Of a DNA stretch of 64,000 nucleotides, positions 25,013 through 34,554 are shown piece by piece. A program made the position numbers and the translations under genes. The notes under the pieces were generated by a model. That model searched no databases and was not told the DNA's origin. It saw only the letters and a program-made list of their open reading frames with translations. Source of the stretch: a virus. The stretch is from IMG/VR virus record IMGVR_UViG_3300045988_079665, one strand, 5' to 3'. Each line of letters starts with the position of its first letter. Positions within the stretch are counted from its first letter, which is position 1.

Positions 25013-26104
25013 ATGGCATACATGGCTTATAAATTTAGGATGTATCCCAATACTGAACAGGAAAATCTTATAATAAAGACATTTGGTTGTGTTCGGTTTA
25101 TTTATAATAAGATGCTTGAAGATAAAATAAAGTTTTATGAATGTACAAAGAAAAGATTAAATAATACTCCCGCACAATATAAAAAAGAATATCTTTGGTT
25201 AAGAGAAGTTGACGCTTTTGCTTTGTGCAACGCACAAATTCATTTGCAAGCAGCATATAATAATTTTTTTAAGAATCCAAAGAGCGGGTTTCCTAAATTT
25301 AAGAGTAAGAAAACGGGCAAGAATAGTTATACAACAAATAACCATTCGGAAAATATAAGGATTGTAGATAAAACTATTAAACTTCCGAAACTTGGAATGG
25401 TTAAAATAAAGCAACACAGAGAAATCAAGCAAAATCAAAAAATTAAGTCTGTTACCATCACAAGAAAACCATCTGGGAAATACTTTGTATCAATTTTAGT
25501 TGAATATAATATTGTTGAAAAGTCGGTAAAATTAAATAAGGAAAAATCGATTGGACTTGATTATTCAAGTCATAGCTTTTACGTCGATAGCCAATGTGTA
25601 GAAGCAGATTATCCACGATTTTATCGAGCGTCTCAAGATCATTTGTCCAAAGAGCAAAGGAAGTTGGCTACAATGAAGAAAGGTAGCAACAATTATTATA
25701 AGCAAAAAGTAAAAATTGCTACTATTCAAGAAAAAATAGCAAACCAAAGAAAAGATTGGATGCACAAATTAAGTACAGAATTATCAAATAAGTACGATTA
25801 TATTTGCGTTGAAGATATAAATTTACAACAAATGTCACAGCATTTAAATCTTGGGAAATCTACATATGACAATGGATTTGGTATGTTTAGAGATATGCTT
25901 TTTTATAAATTAAAGCAAAGAGGGAAAAAGTTCATCAAGATTGATAAATGGTATCCATCTAGTAAAATGTGTAGATATTGTGGCACGATAAATTCTAATT
26001 TAACTCTAAGCCAAAGAGTATGGACATGTGAATGTGGAAAAGTGCTTAATAGGGATGAAAATGCAGCGATTAACATATTGAACGCTGGATTAAGTATGAT
26101 ATAA
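25013..26104 (+). CDS. tnpB: TnpB (IS605 OrfB) RNA-guided nuclease
   Basis: N-terminal MAYKFRMYPN. RuvC triad contexts IGLDYSS, ICVEDINL and NRDENAAINIL, plus the zinc finger CRYCG...CECG. Confidence 0.85.
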   Translation: MAYMAYKFRMYPNTEQENLIIKTFGCVRFIYNKMLEDKIKFYECTKKRLNNTPAQYKKEYLWLREVDAFALCNAQIHLQAAYNNFFKNPKSGFPKFKSKKTGKNSYTTNNHSENIRIVDKTIKLPKLGMVKIKQHREIKQNQKIKSVTITRKPSGKYFVSILVEYNIVEKSVKLNKEKSIGLDYSSHSFYVDSQCVEADYPRFYRASQDHLSKEQRKLATMKKGSNNYYKQKVKIATIQEKIANQRKDWMHKLSTELSNKYDYICVEDINLQQMSQHLNLGKSTYDNGFGMFRDMLFYKLKQRGKKFIKIDKWYPSSKMCRYCGTINSNLTLSQRVWTCECGKVLNRDENAAINILNAGLSMI

Positions 26105-26200
26105 ATAAAAAATAACCGTAGGGGCTACGGAGTTAGCTTGTTGATACTTATGCTTTAAGCATATTGAGCAAGAAATTTGTTGAAACACAAATAGCCCACT
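26000..26200 (+). ncRNA. putative omega (right-end) RNA of TnpB (approximate)
   Basis: Hairpin-dense right end: 26116..26130, palindrome 26149..26163 and tttgt/acaaa near 26176..26190, in the position expected for the TnpB guide RNA scaffold. Confidence 0.4.
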
Positions 26201-26218
26201 AGGGAAAGGACGATATAA

Positions 26219-26638
26219 TTGCATAAAAATAAATATCCTCGGCTAGGCAAAGCCGATATGAGCAAAGAGCTACGACGGCGCACAGGCGTTGATTCTAAAA
26301 TCATTGAGCTAGTGTTAAGAAACTATCATGACATTATTCGTGAGACACTACAACATGGCGTGGAATATTCTTTGCCAGATATTGGTGTTATTACATTCCG
26401 CGACCACCCACCAAAGCCAGCTGGCGAATATTGGAACGGATTCCAAAAGCGGCGTATGTACTATCCTGACAGAATGGGATATTATCGACTAGAGTTTAAG
26501 GCTGAGAAACATATGGCTAGTTATGTAAAAGCTGGTACATTGTATGGTAAAGGCCCGACAAAAGAAGAATGGGATGCTTGGGTATTAGAGAATTATCCTA
26601 ATAATCCTAAGTTTGCTAAGGAAGAAGAAGATGGCTGA
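26219..26638 (+). CDS. divergent HU/IHF-like DNA-binding protein (139 aa)
   Basis: The pattern SKELRRRTGVDSKIIELVLRNYHDIIRETLQHG..YSLPDIGVITF resembles the HU fold (helix-helix-beta arm). TTG start; ATG 26258 is an alternative. Confidence 0.5.
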   Translation: MHKNKYPRLGKADMSKELRRRTGVDSKIIELVLRNYHDIIRETLQHGVEYSLPDIGVITFRDHPPKPAGEYWNGFQKRRMYYPDRMGYYRLEFKAEKHMASYVKAGTLYGKGPTKEEWDAWVLENYPNNPKFAKEEEDG

Positions 26639-27194
26639 ATATAATAAGCTGAATCAAGAATTTTATGCTTATGCTGGTGGATTGCTCAATGTATCGCCAC
26701 AGACTGCCAAGAAATATTGGATGGGGTTTGTTGATACTATCATCCATATTCTTCATTTTGATGGCAAATGCCAAATGCCAAGTGTAGGCACATTTACACT
26801 AGAAGAATTGCCTGAGCGTAGAGTAATGGCTAAGAATGAGCAGGGTGAACTTGTTGAGCAAATTAACCCTGCTTGGTTTAAGATATTATACAAATATAAT
26901 GAGGATTTTCTTAATAACGTAAATGGACGCGGCGTTACAAAGAAATATCGTAGGCGTGTTCGTGAACGTAAGTTGACACCAAATGATCTCAAGCTGATAA
27001 CTCAAGCTGAAATGGAACGAACGGCAAAGCGAACATTAGAGCAAATGCAAAATGAGCGCATTGAGAAAGCAAAGCAACAGAGCTATGATGATTTTATCAA
27101 TGTCATCAATCAGAAAAAAGAAGATTATGAACGGAAAAAGAAGGAAAAGGAACAGAAATTGAATGAATCTAATGAAGATACGACAAGCGACTGA
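26631..27194 (+). CDS. divergent HU/IHF-like protein with basic/acidic coiled C-terminal tail
   Basis: TAKKYWMGFVDTIIHILHFDGKCQMPSVGTFTL resembles the HU core. Start set to ATG 26631 (AAGGAAG RBS, ATGGCTGA overlap with the upstream stop). Confidence 0.45.
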   Translation: MAEYNKLNQEFYAYAGGLLNVSPQTAKKYWMGFVDTIIHILHFDGKCQMPSVGTFTLEELPERRVMAKNEQGELVEQINPAWFKILYKYNEDFLNNVNGRGVTKKYRRRVRERKLTPNDLKLITQAEMERTAKRTLEQMQNERIEKAKQQSYDDFINVINQKKEDYERKKKEKEQKLNESNEDTTSD

Positions 27195-28347
27195 GCTGCT
27201 AGATAGCAAATTGATTGACTTGCAAGAATGGACGGCTCGTTGTCTTGGTGAGGATTATAGGGGCGTCTGGTCAGAGGAATATTTACGTCGATGTGCTGTG
27301 TTTGTTCGCAATATGCTAAATGGCGCAGACGATTGTGAGTCAGACGAAAAAGACGCTGAGATTTTAGCCCAGCTTAAAGAAGCAAAAATTGAGTTAGAGA
27401 AAGAACGCAAGAAATTACAGAGCGAGAATATTCAGTATGTTCAAAATCAGAGACTTGACGCAAGAGCAGACTTGATTCAAGAAAAGATTGCTGAGTCGAT
27501 TAAGAACCTTGAGCCGTTTACTATTCGTGAGTTTAACATTCTGCCGCAAATGAATGTAAGTGGACTTCTTTGTATTTCTGACCTTCATGCTGGCTCGACC
27601 TATGAAATCAAGGGTGCATATAATGAAATTGTAAACAAGTACAATTTTGATATTATGAGGGCGCGGCTTGATGGGTTGCTTAACAAGATGTGTAATGATG
27701 ACAACTGCATCTGGATTGATGATATTACGGTTGCTGTGCTCGGTGACTGCGTAGAGAATATTTTACGTACATCTAGTTTAACTAAGCTAAGAGAGCCAGT
27801 TATTGATACGGTTATCAAGTTGTCTGAATATCTGGCTGATTGGTTTGTTGAGTTACATGACCGGCTTGAAATTCCTGTTAATGTGGTGATGGTTGGTGGT
27901 AACCATGATGTATGCCGCCCGTTGACATCTAAGCCACAGTTTGAGGAAGAAAATCTAGGTAAAATCATTGTATGGTATCTACAAGAGCGGTTAAAGTCAG
28001 TAGATGGAATTACAGTTGATGATTACACAGATTGTGCTATTAAATACATTAAGAACAATGCAATCATGCTTCATCATGGGGATGGCGGCGATGTAACTGA
28101 GACAATGCGATATTTTGAAAATTTATATAATATTGACATTGATGAATGCTACGTTGGGCATCTACACCGACAAGAAATGAAGAATGCTGGTATTACTGAG
28201 TTAGGTGATAAACTGTGTTGGCGCGTTGGCTCGGTATGCGGTGTTGATGGATTTGCCAAGTCTATTCGTAAAGCATCAAGACCATCTTGTATGTTTACTA
28301 CATATTCAGAAGATGGTGCAGAATGGCGTAAAACATTTTATCTTTAA
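27163..28347 (+). CDS. calcineurin-like metallophosphoesterase (SbcD/Mre11-like)
   Basis: Ordered motifs ISDLHAGS (DxH), VLGDCVEN (GD), VGGNHD (GNHD), HHGD and VGHLH (GH). Confidence 0.75.
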   Translation: MNLMKIRQATELLDSKLIDLQEWTARCLGEDYRGVWSEEYLRRCAVFVRNMLNGADDCESDEKDAEILAQLKEAKIELEKERKKLQSENIQYVQNQRLDARADLIQEKIAESIKNLEPFTIREFNILPQMNVSGLLCISDLHAGSTYEIKGAYNEIVNKYNFDIMRARLDGLLNKMCNDDNCIWIDDITVAVLGDCVENILRTSSLTKLREPVIDTVIKLSEYLADWFVELHDRLEIPVNVVMVGGNHDVCRPLTSKPQFEEENLGKIIVWYLQERLKSVDGITVDDYTDCAIKYIKNNAIMLHHGDGGDVTETMRYFENLYNIDIDECYVGHLHRQEMKNAGITELGDKLCWRVGSVCGVDGFAKSIRKASRPSCMFTTYSEDGAEWRKTFYL

Positions 28348-28349
28348 TA

Positions 28350-28378
28350 TTGACAATCAATAGATTATGTGATATAAT
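28350..28378 (+). promoter_or_regulatory. sigma70-type promoter TTGACA-17-TATAAT
   Basis: Perfect consensus; there is no ORF downstream for about 970 nt. Confidence 0.8.
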
Positions 28379-28384
28379 ACAACT

Positions 28385-29306
28385 ATGGAATTGCGGCTAA
28401 TATCTGCGGAGTTAGCCTTGGCTTGGGGATGCGTCCTACAAGTCTCATAATAGAGGAAAAGTCTGAACTCTTTTCGCCGTCACAAGACGGAATTTAGAAC
28501 AATCGGTAGCGTCAGTTGCAAATGGCGCTACCAACTTAAATTGATTCATTCTCTGCTAGGTGATAGCTATTTTAGCTGTGTTAATCATGCTTGTGGGGCG
28601 ATTGACCCACCTAGTAGAGTTGGATATCTTCGCCGTGAATCTGCAATTCAGCAGAGCCTGATACGAGCGTGTCATATACTGTGGCGAGATATGACAATTT
28701 ATCTCGTGTACCATGCGTACATGGAGTTTTCAGGGTCGTTTATGGCGGCTCTTGCAAAATCCTATCCTTGACGATAGGCGTATAGCAACAGGTGTGTTAT
28801 ACGAGCGTATGAAGCATAGAACCGGGTTGTCTTTCGGCAATATGTGGACGTTAATCGAAGGTTTGCGGTATACCATATGGCAACAATGAAAACCGCATCG
28901 CCATTAGAACGATGCAAAGGCGAGATGTGATGGCATCTAATACCCATTGCACCATAATACCGAGCGACACGGTAAATATGTCGCACTTGTAAAATGATAA
29001 AACATAACAATGAGTGGCGCTCGATACCGGCATGCGCTTGATAAATACCGGACATTGATGAGTCCCTAGGCAAGGACAATAAACTACCTGTCGCTACTAC
29101 TCATTGGCGGCTATGAATATCCGAAAGGAGGTCACTATTCTCTTGAATTATCCACTGGTTTATCCGAAGCATAATTAAAGAAAGGATGGTGGTCAGAGCC
29201 AATCGGCTCATATCTACAATAAGCCCAACTCAATGGGAACTGTTGTTTAACTGAATATTGAACCTTGACAAATACAAAGCAGCTGAGAGCAATCTTGGCT
29301 GCTTTG
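28385..29306 (+). ncRNA. about 0.9-kb non-coding transcription unit (candidate large structured RNA)
   Basis: Bounded by a promoter and a terminator, with no credible ORF and elevated GC. Numerous helices, for example 28505..28532, 28685..28706, 28964..28984 and 29196..29209. Confidence 0.5.
29275..29306 (+). terminator. hairpin terminator
   Basis: 9-bp stem caaagcagc/gctgctttg followed by tcatattta. Confidence 0.55.
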
Positions 29307-29349
29307 TCATATTTATAGGAAAGTAAACGGAACAGAAAGGAATGAGAAT

Positions 29350-30174
29350 ATGTTTTGCCCATATTGCGGCAAGGAAAAGCAAGACAGCCAATTCTATAAA
29401 AGCCCAATCAAAACGGGCGAATATATTAAGCCATGCAAATCATGCGTAACTGAGATATATAAACAAGCTCTTGAATCTACTAAAGACCAAGGCGCGGCAT
29501 TATGGTCAACTTGTATGCAGACTGGCATTCCCATGAGACGTGCTGAATATACGGCTTGTCTTGATACGCTAGAAAAGGCGGCTAAAGGTAAAAAGCCTAG
29601 TCTATTTATGTTGTATCATACATACTTATCAACATCTCCTGATAAATTAACAGGCGTATGGGATAGCGATATGGAGTTGTCTAATTTCAAGGATTTGGGC
29701 GATGTAGCTAAGGGTGAAACAGATGAAGTTGCGCTTAAAGCAAGATGGCGCAAACAATGGGGCGGTGACTATGAAGATGAGGACTGTCAATGGCTAGATG
29801 ATATGTTCGATAGCTATACGGCAGATATATTTGAAATGGATACCGCTATGGAAATGCGTTATCGTGATCTGTGTAAGCTAGAACTTGAACAGTATAAAAA
29901 TGGTGTTAATAAAGACACTCAAGCACAGATCAAAACGTTAATGTCACTACTTAAACTTGATGATTTTAAGAGTAATCAGAAGTCGGACGCGGAACGAGCA
30001 TTTGAGAAACGTATAGCTTGGGTGGAATATACTAAACCATCTGAATGTGAAGATTTGACAAGATTCGTAGATATGGTTGGATATGAAAAGGACAAGGGTG
30101 AAAAGATGCGTAGCTTGCGCAACGCTGTTGCTGGCACTAGAGATTATCCAGCAATCCCGAAGGAGGAAGCATAA
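29350..30174 (+). CDS. terS: probable terminase small subunit with N-terminal zinc ribbon
   Basis: Lies immediately upstream of terL and overlaps it (ATAATG). N-terminal CPYCG...CKSC; assignment rests on position only. Confidence 0.5.
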   Translation: MFCPYCGKEKQDSQFYKSPIKTGEYIKPCKSCVTEIYKQALESTKDQGAALWSTCMQTGIPMRRAEYTACLDTLEKAAKGKKPSLFMLYHTYLSTSPDKLTGVWDSDMELSNFKDLGDVAKGETDEVALKARWRKQWGGDYEDEDCQWLDDMFDSYTADIFEMDTAMEMRYRDLCKLELEQYKNGVNKDTQAQIKTLMSLLKLDDFKSNQKSDAERAFEKRIAWVEYTKPSECEDLTRFVDMVGYEKDKGEKMRSLRNAVAGTRDYPAIPKEEA

Positions 30175-32018
30175 TGCGCTCTAGGATGGGCGGTCTTAGA
30201 GAATCATTTAAGGCTGATAAACTTCGCGCCGTATCTGGCATATCTAAAAAAATAGATAGTGCCTTAGAAGATAACATCATAGAGTGGACAACTCTATTCA
30301 GACGAAATTGGGATATATTTGCTGAATTTTATCTAGGGATTCCATTAAAACCATATCAGCGTCAGGCATTACATGAAATTGGTGTATCAGATGTGTACTT
30401 TTGGAGAGCAGGACGTGGCGGCGCAAAATCGTTTATTACTATGCTTGCGGCGGTCTGCAAGCTACTATTGTATCCAAACTGTCAGATAGTTATTACATCC
30501 TCTACTGTTGACCAAGCTAATAAGATGGTCAAAGAAAAGCTAGAGAAAGAATTGATAAAAAAGTTATCTCAACTACTTTTGCTTTATTATGAAAAAGACT
30601 GGATAAAAATAACAAAGCCGAACGATGGATATTATGTAGAGTGTACACTTAACAATTCGTCCATTACTGTTCTTGCCCCTGTTGAATCAGCTAGAGGTTC
30701 GCGTTCTAACTTTACCATATATGATGAGGTTGCCATTATGAAGAAAACGGCAATAGACCAAATCTTTGATGGGATGTTGTTTCCAAGGCAACCAAATTAT
30801 TTAAGCAATCCTGCATATTCTGGAAACAAGAGATGGATAGAAGAATCTAAGAGTATATATCTAACATCATCTAAGTTCAAGTTCCAGTGGTGGTATAGAT
30901 TGTGGTGCGATTGTGTAACAGGATATTATGTTGATAAGCGTACTAAATATGGCATATTCGCAACTGACTTTTTTGATAATATAGAAAATGGCTTAAAAAC
31001 ATGGGGTGATTATCGTAGAGCTAAAAGGCAGAACGACGATATATCATTTAGGACAGAATACTTAAATGAAGCGATTGGCGAGTCAGAGGATTCTTTCTTT
31101 AGTCTTGAATCATTTAAGGAAAATCAAGTTATTACAGATGCGTTTTGCCCACCAAAACCGATGGATTTATTGGTTGCTAGTGAATTAGAAGATGACGAGA
31201 AAAAAGACGATGAAGTGCGCCTCATTGTATCTGACTTTGCTTGGACAACAACTGGCAAAAAAGCAAACGAATCGGATAATAGCATTGCTATATGTATAAG
31301 AGCAAAGTGGAAAAAAGACCATTTTGATAAATATGTAGAATATATTGAACTGCTACCAACGGCAGATGACGCAGATGGTTGTGCTGATAGGTTAAAAGAA
31401 TTGTTTTGGTTGTATCAAGCAGACTATTTAGTGCCTGATGCTAGATCGGGTGGCGAAGCGGTTATGATAGCTTTATCTAAACCATATACCAATGAACGTT
31501 ATTCGGCGTTCATCAATAATCATGGCCTAACTATGGCTGATAAAAAAGAATATCATGTGGCTCGACCCGATAAGCTAGATTACTATAGAGCCAATGCAGT
31601 AGACCCAAATGCTTATCCTTGTATCATACCTATTGTTGGTAGTGAAACGCTCAATACGTCTTATTGGAAAGCAACTAAAATGTCACTTGAGAATAATCGT
31701 ATAAAATTCTTGATAGGGATGAGCGATAAGCAAGATGTTATTGTTGAAACTGGCGAATATTACAAATACACCGGCGAACAGATAGCAGATATACTTGCGC
31801 CTCATGGCAATACTGATTTGCTTATATCGGAGGCAGTTAATTTAACCACCATATTCAAAGGCGAAAACATTAAACTGGAAGCGCCGAGAACAGGGCATCG
31901 TGACCGTATTGTTACATTAGCTATGGGTATTTTAATATGTGATTATATTGAAAATGAATGGAATAGACAGAATCATGCTGAAGAATATGATTTAGATGAC
32001 ATTCAATTAGTATATTGA
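30174..32018 (+). CDS. terL: terminase large subunit
   Basis: Walker A-like AGRGGAKS and Walker B-like FTIYDEVA; 614 aa; directly upstream of the portal-sized gene. Confidence 0.85.
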   Translation: MRSRMGGLRESFKADKLRAVSGISKKIDSALEDNIIEWTTLFRRNWDIFAEFYLGIPLKPYQRQALHEIGVSDVYFWRAGRGGAKSFITMLAAVCKLLLYPNCQIVITSSTVDQANKMVKEKLEKELIKKLSQLLLLYYEKDWIKITKPNDGYYVECTLNNSSITVLAPVESARGSRSNFTIYDEVAIMKKTAIDQIFDGMLFPRQPNYLSNPAYSGNKRWIEESKSIYLTSSKFKFQWWYRLWCDCVTGYYVDKRTKYGIFATDFFDNIENGLKTWGDYRRAKRQNDDISFRTEYLNEAIGESEDSFFSLESFKENQVITDAFCPPKPMDLLVASELEDDEKKDDEVRLIVSDFAWTTTGKKANESDNSIAICIRAKWKKDHFDKYVEYIELLPTADDADGCADRLKELFWLYQADYLVPDARSGGEAVMIALSKPYTNERYSAFINNHGLTMADKKEYHVARPDKLDYYRANAVDPNAYPCIIPIVGSETLNTSYWKATKMSLENNRIKFLIGMSDKQDVIVETGEYYKYTGEQIADILAPHGNTDLLISEAVNLTTIFKGENIKLEAPRTGHRDRIVTLAMGILICDYIENEWNRQNHAEEYDLDDIQLVY

Positions 32019-32262
32019 TATTTGCCTATGAAGCGGCTACTATGTTGGTGTGTGGCTGTGGAGGTGCTATTAGGGTTGTGTGGTGAATATACTCCAAGTT
32101 CCAACTTAGGCTTAATTGAAAGCTGAAAATAAAAACACTCAAAAATATCAAACGAGCGGATAGGGAGGACAAGTAGCTCAATGAACTTTGGCATACGTTA
32201 ATGAAGTCCATAATCTAACCGCTCTAATATATAAACAATAAAACAAAGAAAGGAGGTTGAAG

Positions 32263-33837
32263 ATGCCAAAAAATAATGAAGATGTAAAGCTATCTAAAAA
32301 TGACCTTCAAGACATTATTGATTTTAGTGCTGGCTTGATGGCGGTTGATAATTTTTATTCACCATTTTTGAGCAATCAGCTATTGACCAATCTAAACAAT
32401 AATCCACGCTTACCTAATGCAGAGGCGGTAAAAAAGGCGCTCAATGACTACAAGAATAGTGGCGCTGATTTACAGGGGTTTGTAGAATTTGCATCAGCGT
32501 TTGATATGATTTTCAAGCGTACTTTATATTCTTATGCAAATGTGCTATCTTTCGACCTTCAGATAACCTGCAAAAACGCATATACAAAAGGCGACTATGA
32601 ATCAGAGGAATATAAGAAAGACCGGCAAACAGTAGATAATTTCTTGACTAATTTTGACTACAAGAAAGAATTTTATAATGTTCTGCTAAACGTCCTAAAG
32701 CGTGACTCATATTTTACTTGGTTCAGAAAGACTAAGAGCGGCAATCGCGGCAAGATGAAGTATGCTCTACAAATTATGCCACAAGATTATTGTATGCTTA
32801 CTGGATACTTTGAAAAAGGGTTGCTGTGGTCTTTTAATGTACTGTATTTTATGCAACCGGGCGTAGATATTGAGGGGTTTGACCCAAGTCTTAAAAAGAC
32901 ATATCTTGATGCGATTGAAAATGCGGAGCTAAATTATAAGCCGTCTGCACCACTCGATAAACGTAATGGTAGTTATGCACTATGGGCAGATGTATCACCG
33001 CTTAATGGTGCTTATGCTTGGAAATTTTCCACAGACAACTTTGCTAACAATCCATTCTTAGCACCATATGTAGCCAATGTTCTACGCAGTGATGAGGTTG
33101 GTGAGTTGCAATATAACAAAGACCTTATCTCTGCGGCTGGTATTTTAGCTGGTGAAATTAGACTATTTGATTCAGCCAAGTCAGGCACGAAGGCGAATCA
33201 ATTTGCTATTGACCCGAAAACGCTTGGAGCATTTATGCAAAAGGCGGCTAATGGACTCAAGAATATTGCTAAACTGGCCGCTATGCCACTTGAGAATATC
33301 AAGTTTTTCCAATTTGAGGACAAGAACCCAAATAGCTATACAAATGAACTAACTACAACAGCTGGTATTGGTACTGGTATTAGCCGTGTTATCTATTCAT
33401 CTGATAAGATGAGCAATGCTGAGCTAGAGGCGGCGCTTAATGAGGTATATCAGACTATGAAGCCAATGTATGCTCAGTTCAATAATTTCCTTGATTTCTA
33501 TGTCAATCAAATGACTAGCAAATATAAGTTTAAGTTTGAGTTTGTTGGCTCTAACTATCAATTTGAGCGTGATGCCAGATTTGATAAGATGATGAAAATG
33601 GCTGATAAGGGACTTGTGCTCAATTCGTCCGCATGGGCTAGTGCTATTGGCATGAATCCTATTACATTCGATAGGATGCTTGCTGAGAGCAAATATACTG
33701 GATGGATTGACAAGTATTCAACGCTTATGTTAAATGCAAATACCACAGCGCAATCAAATGAAGGTGGCCGCCCCCGTCAGTCAGGAACATCACTTACTGA
33801 AAGCGGAGAGGCAAGCCGAGAAACATTAGAGGAATGA
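32263..33837 (+). CDS. portal protein (by position and size)
   Basis: 524 aa ORF following terL, with an AGGAGG RBS 6 nt before ATG 32263. Confidence 0.65.
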   Translation: MPKNNEDVKLSKNDLQDIIDFSAGLMAVDNFYSPFLSNQLLTNLNNNPRLPNAEAVKKALNDYKNSGADLQGFVEFASAFDMIFKRTLYSYANVLSFDLQITCKNAYTKGDYESEEYKKDRQTVDNFLTNFDYKKEFYNVLLNVLKRDSYFTWFRKTKSGNRGKMKYALQIMPQDYCMLTGYFEKGLLWSFNVLYFMQPGVDIEGFDPSLKKTYLDAIENAELNYKPSAPLDKRNGSYALWADVSPLNGAYAWKFSTDNFANNPFLAPYVANVLRSDEVGELQYNKDLISAAGILAGEIRLFDSAKSGTKANQFAIDPKTLGAFMQKAANGLKNIAKLAAMPLENIKFFQFEDKNPNSYTNELTTTAGIGTGISRVIYSSDKMSNAELEAALNEVYQTMKPMYAQFNNFLDFYVNQMTSKYKFKFEFVGSNYQFERDARFDKMMKMADKGLVLNSSAWASAIGMNPITFDRMLAESKYTGWIDKYSTLMLNANTTAQSNEGGRPRQSGTSLTESGEASRETLEE

Positions 33838-33841
33838 TATT

Positions 33842-34354
33842 ATGATGTTATCAGAAAGAACAAGTGAAGCCCTAGATATTCTAGTTGGGCAGTATTTCCA
33901 GTTGAACCGCACATTCGACCGTTGCGTTTCGTGGATGGAAGTGAAATTTGCTATGCCAAATGCTGCAAATATTATCCATCACAAATTAGCGCATCTCTGG
34001 CCGCTTATGGCTGACACTGTAAGCGACTTTAAGCATCAGTGGAATATTGTAACATACTATCCTGAGACGCGCGGCGATAAACGCACATATGAGAATCTTG
34101 AGGATATGATGGGTACTATGCTTAGAGAAACATTAGATGTTTATGATGTTATTAAGCAGACATATTATATTGCTAAAGAAGAAAAAGATTTTAATGCCAA
34201 TGTTATGCTACAAGAGCTTATGCAGGATATGAATAAAGTTGTAGCGCAGATTATTCTATTGGATGATAAAGCCAAACAAATGTCAACAGAATATGATGAA
34301 TACGACCGCCATATTGACAGTTGGGGCATTGTTGGCTTGGAGGATTATCAATGA
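33842..34354 (+). CDS. hypothetical head-module protein (170 aa)
   Basis: Intact ORF in the structural operon. Confidence 0.55.
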   Translation: MMLSERTSEALDILVGQYFQLNRTFDRCVSWMEVKFAMPNAANIIHHKLAHLWPLMADTVSDFKHQWNIVTYYPETRGDKRTYENLEDMMGTMLRETLDVYDVIKQTYYIAKEEKDFNANVMLQELMQDMNKVVAQIILLDDKAKQMSTEYDEYDRHIDSWGIVGLEDYQ

Positions 34355-34530
34355 TTATCATTGGAATCCCCAAGAATCCAGAAGATTATTTCATTGCTGA
34401 TGATGCGCTTGCATGGGAATTAGACAAGGCTGGCTTTTCAGCTAAATATTTAGATGATGACGCGCATTATTATAAGCGTAATGCAAAATTGCTAAAATGG
34501 CTTGAAAAGAATGGAATAAAAGAAGGATAA
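34351..34530 (+). CDS. hypothetical protein (59 aa)
   Basis: Start set to ATG 34351 (GGAGGA RBS, ATGA overlap). Confidence 0.45.
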   Translation: MIIIGIPKNPEDYFIADDALAWELDKAGFSAKYLDDDAHYYKRNAKLLKWLEKNGIKEG

Positions 34531-34554
34531 TACGCTAGAAAGGAGGAGCTATGA

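Larger units (their letters stand above)
24930..26200 (+). mobile_element. TnpB-only IS200/IS605-family element (approximate ends)
   Basis: Subterminal hairpins at 24950..24965 (ccacaa-tatg-ttgtgg) and 26116..26130 (ccgtag-ggg-ctacgg) flank tnpB; no Y1 tnpA is present. Confidence 0.6.

Noticed and set aside
29265-29293. TTGACA at 29265 as a promoter for terS
   Set aside because: With a 17-nt spacer the -10 would be AGCAAT, which is poor. The hexamer also lies at the foot of the terminator-like hairpin at 29275..29306.
28541-29407. Track ORFs 28541..28771(+), 28762..29079(-), 28851..29033(-) and 29135..29407(-) inside the 0.9-kb unit
   Set aside because: They have no ribosome binding sites. 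Their compositions (Arg/His/Cys/Tyr-rich) are unlike the real proteins here. They overlap each other on opposite strands, and the last one runs antisense into the terS start. They were treated as non-coding.
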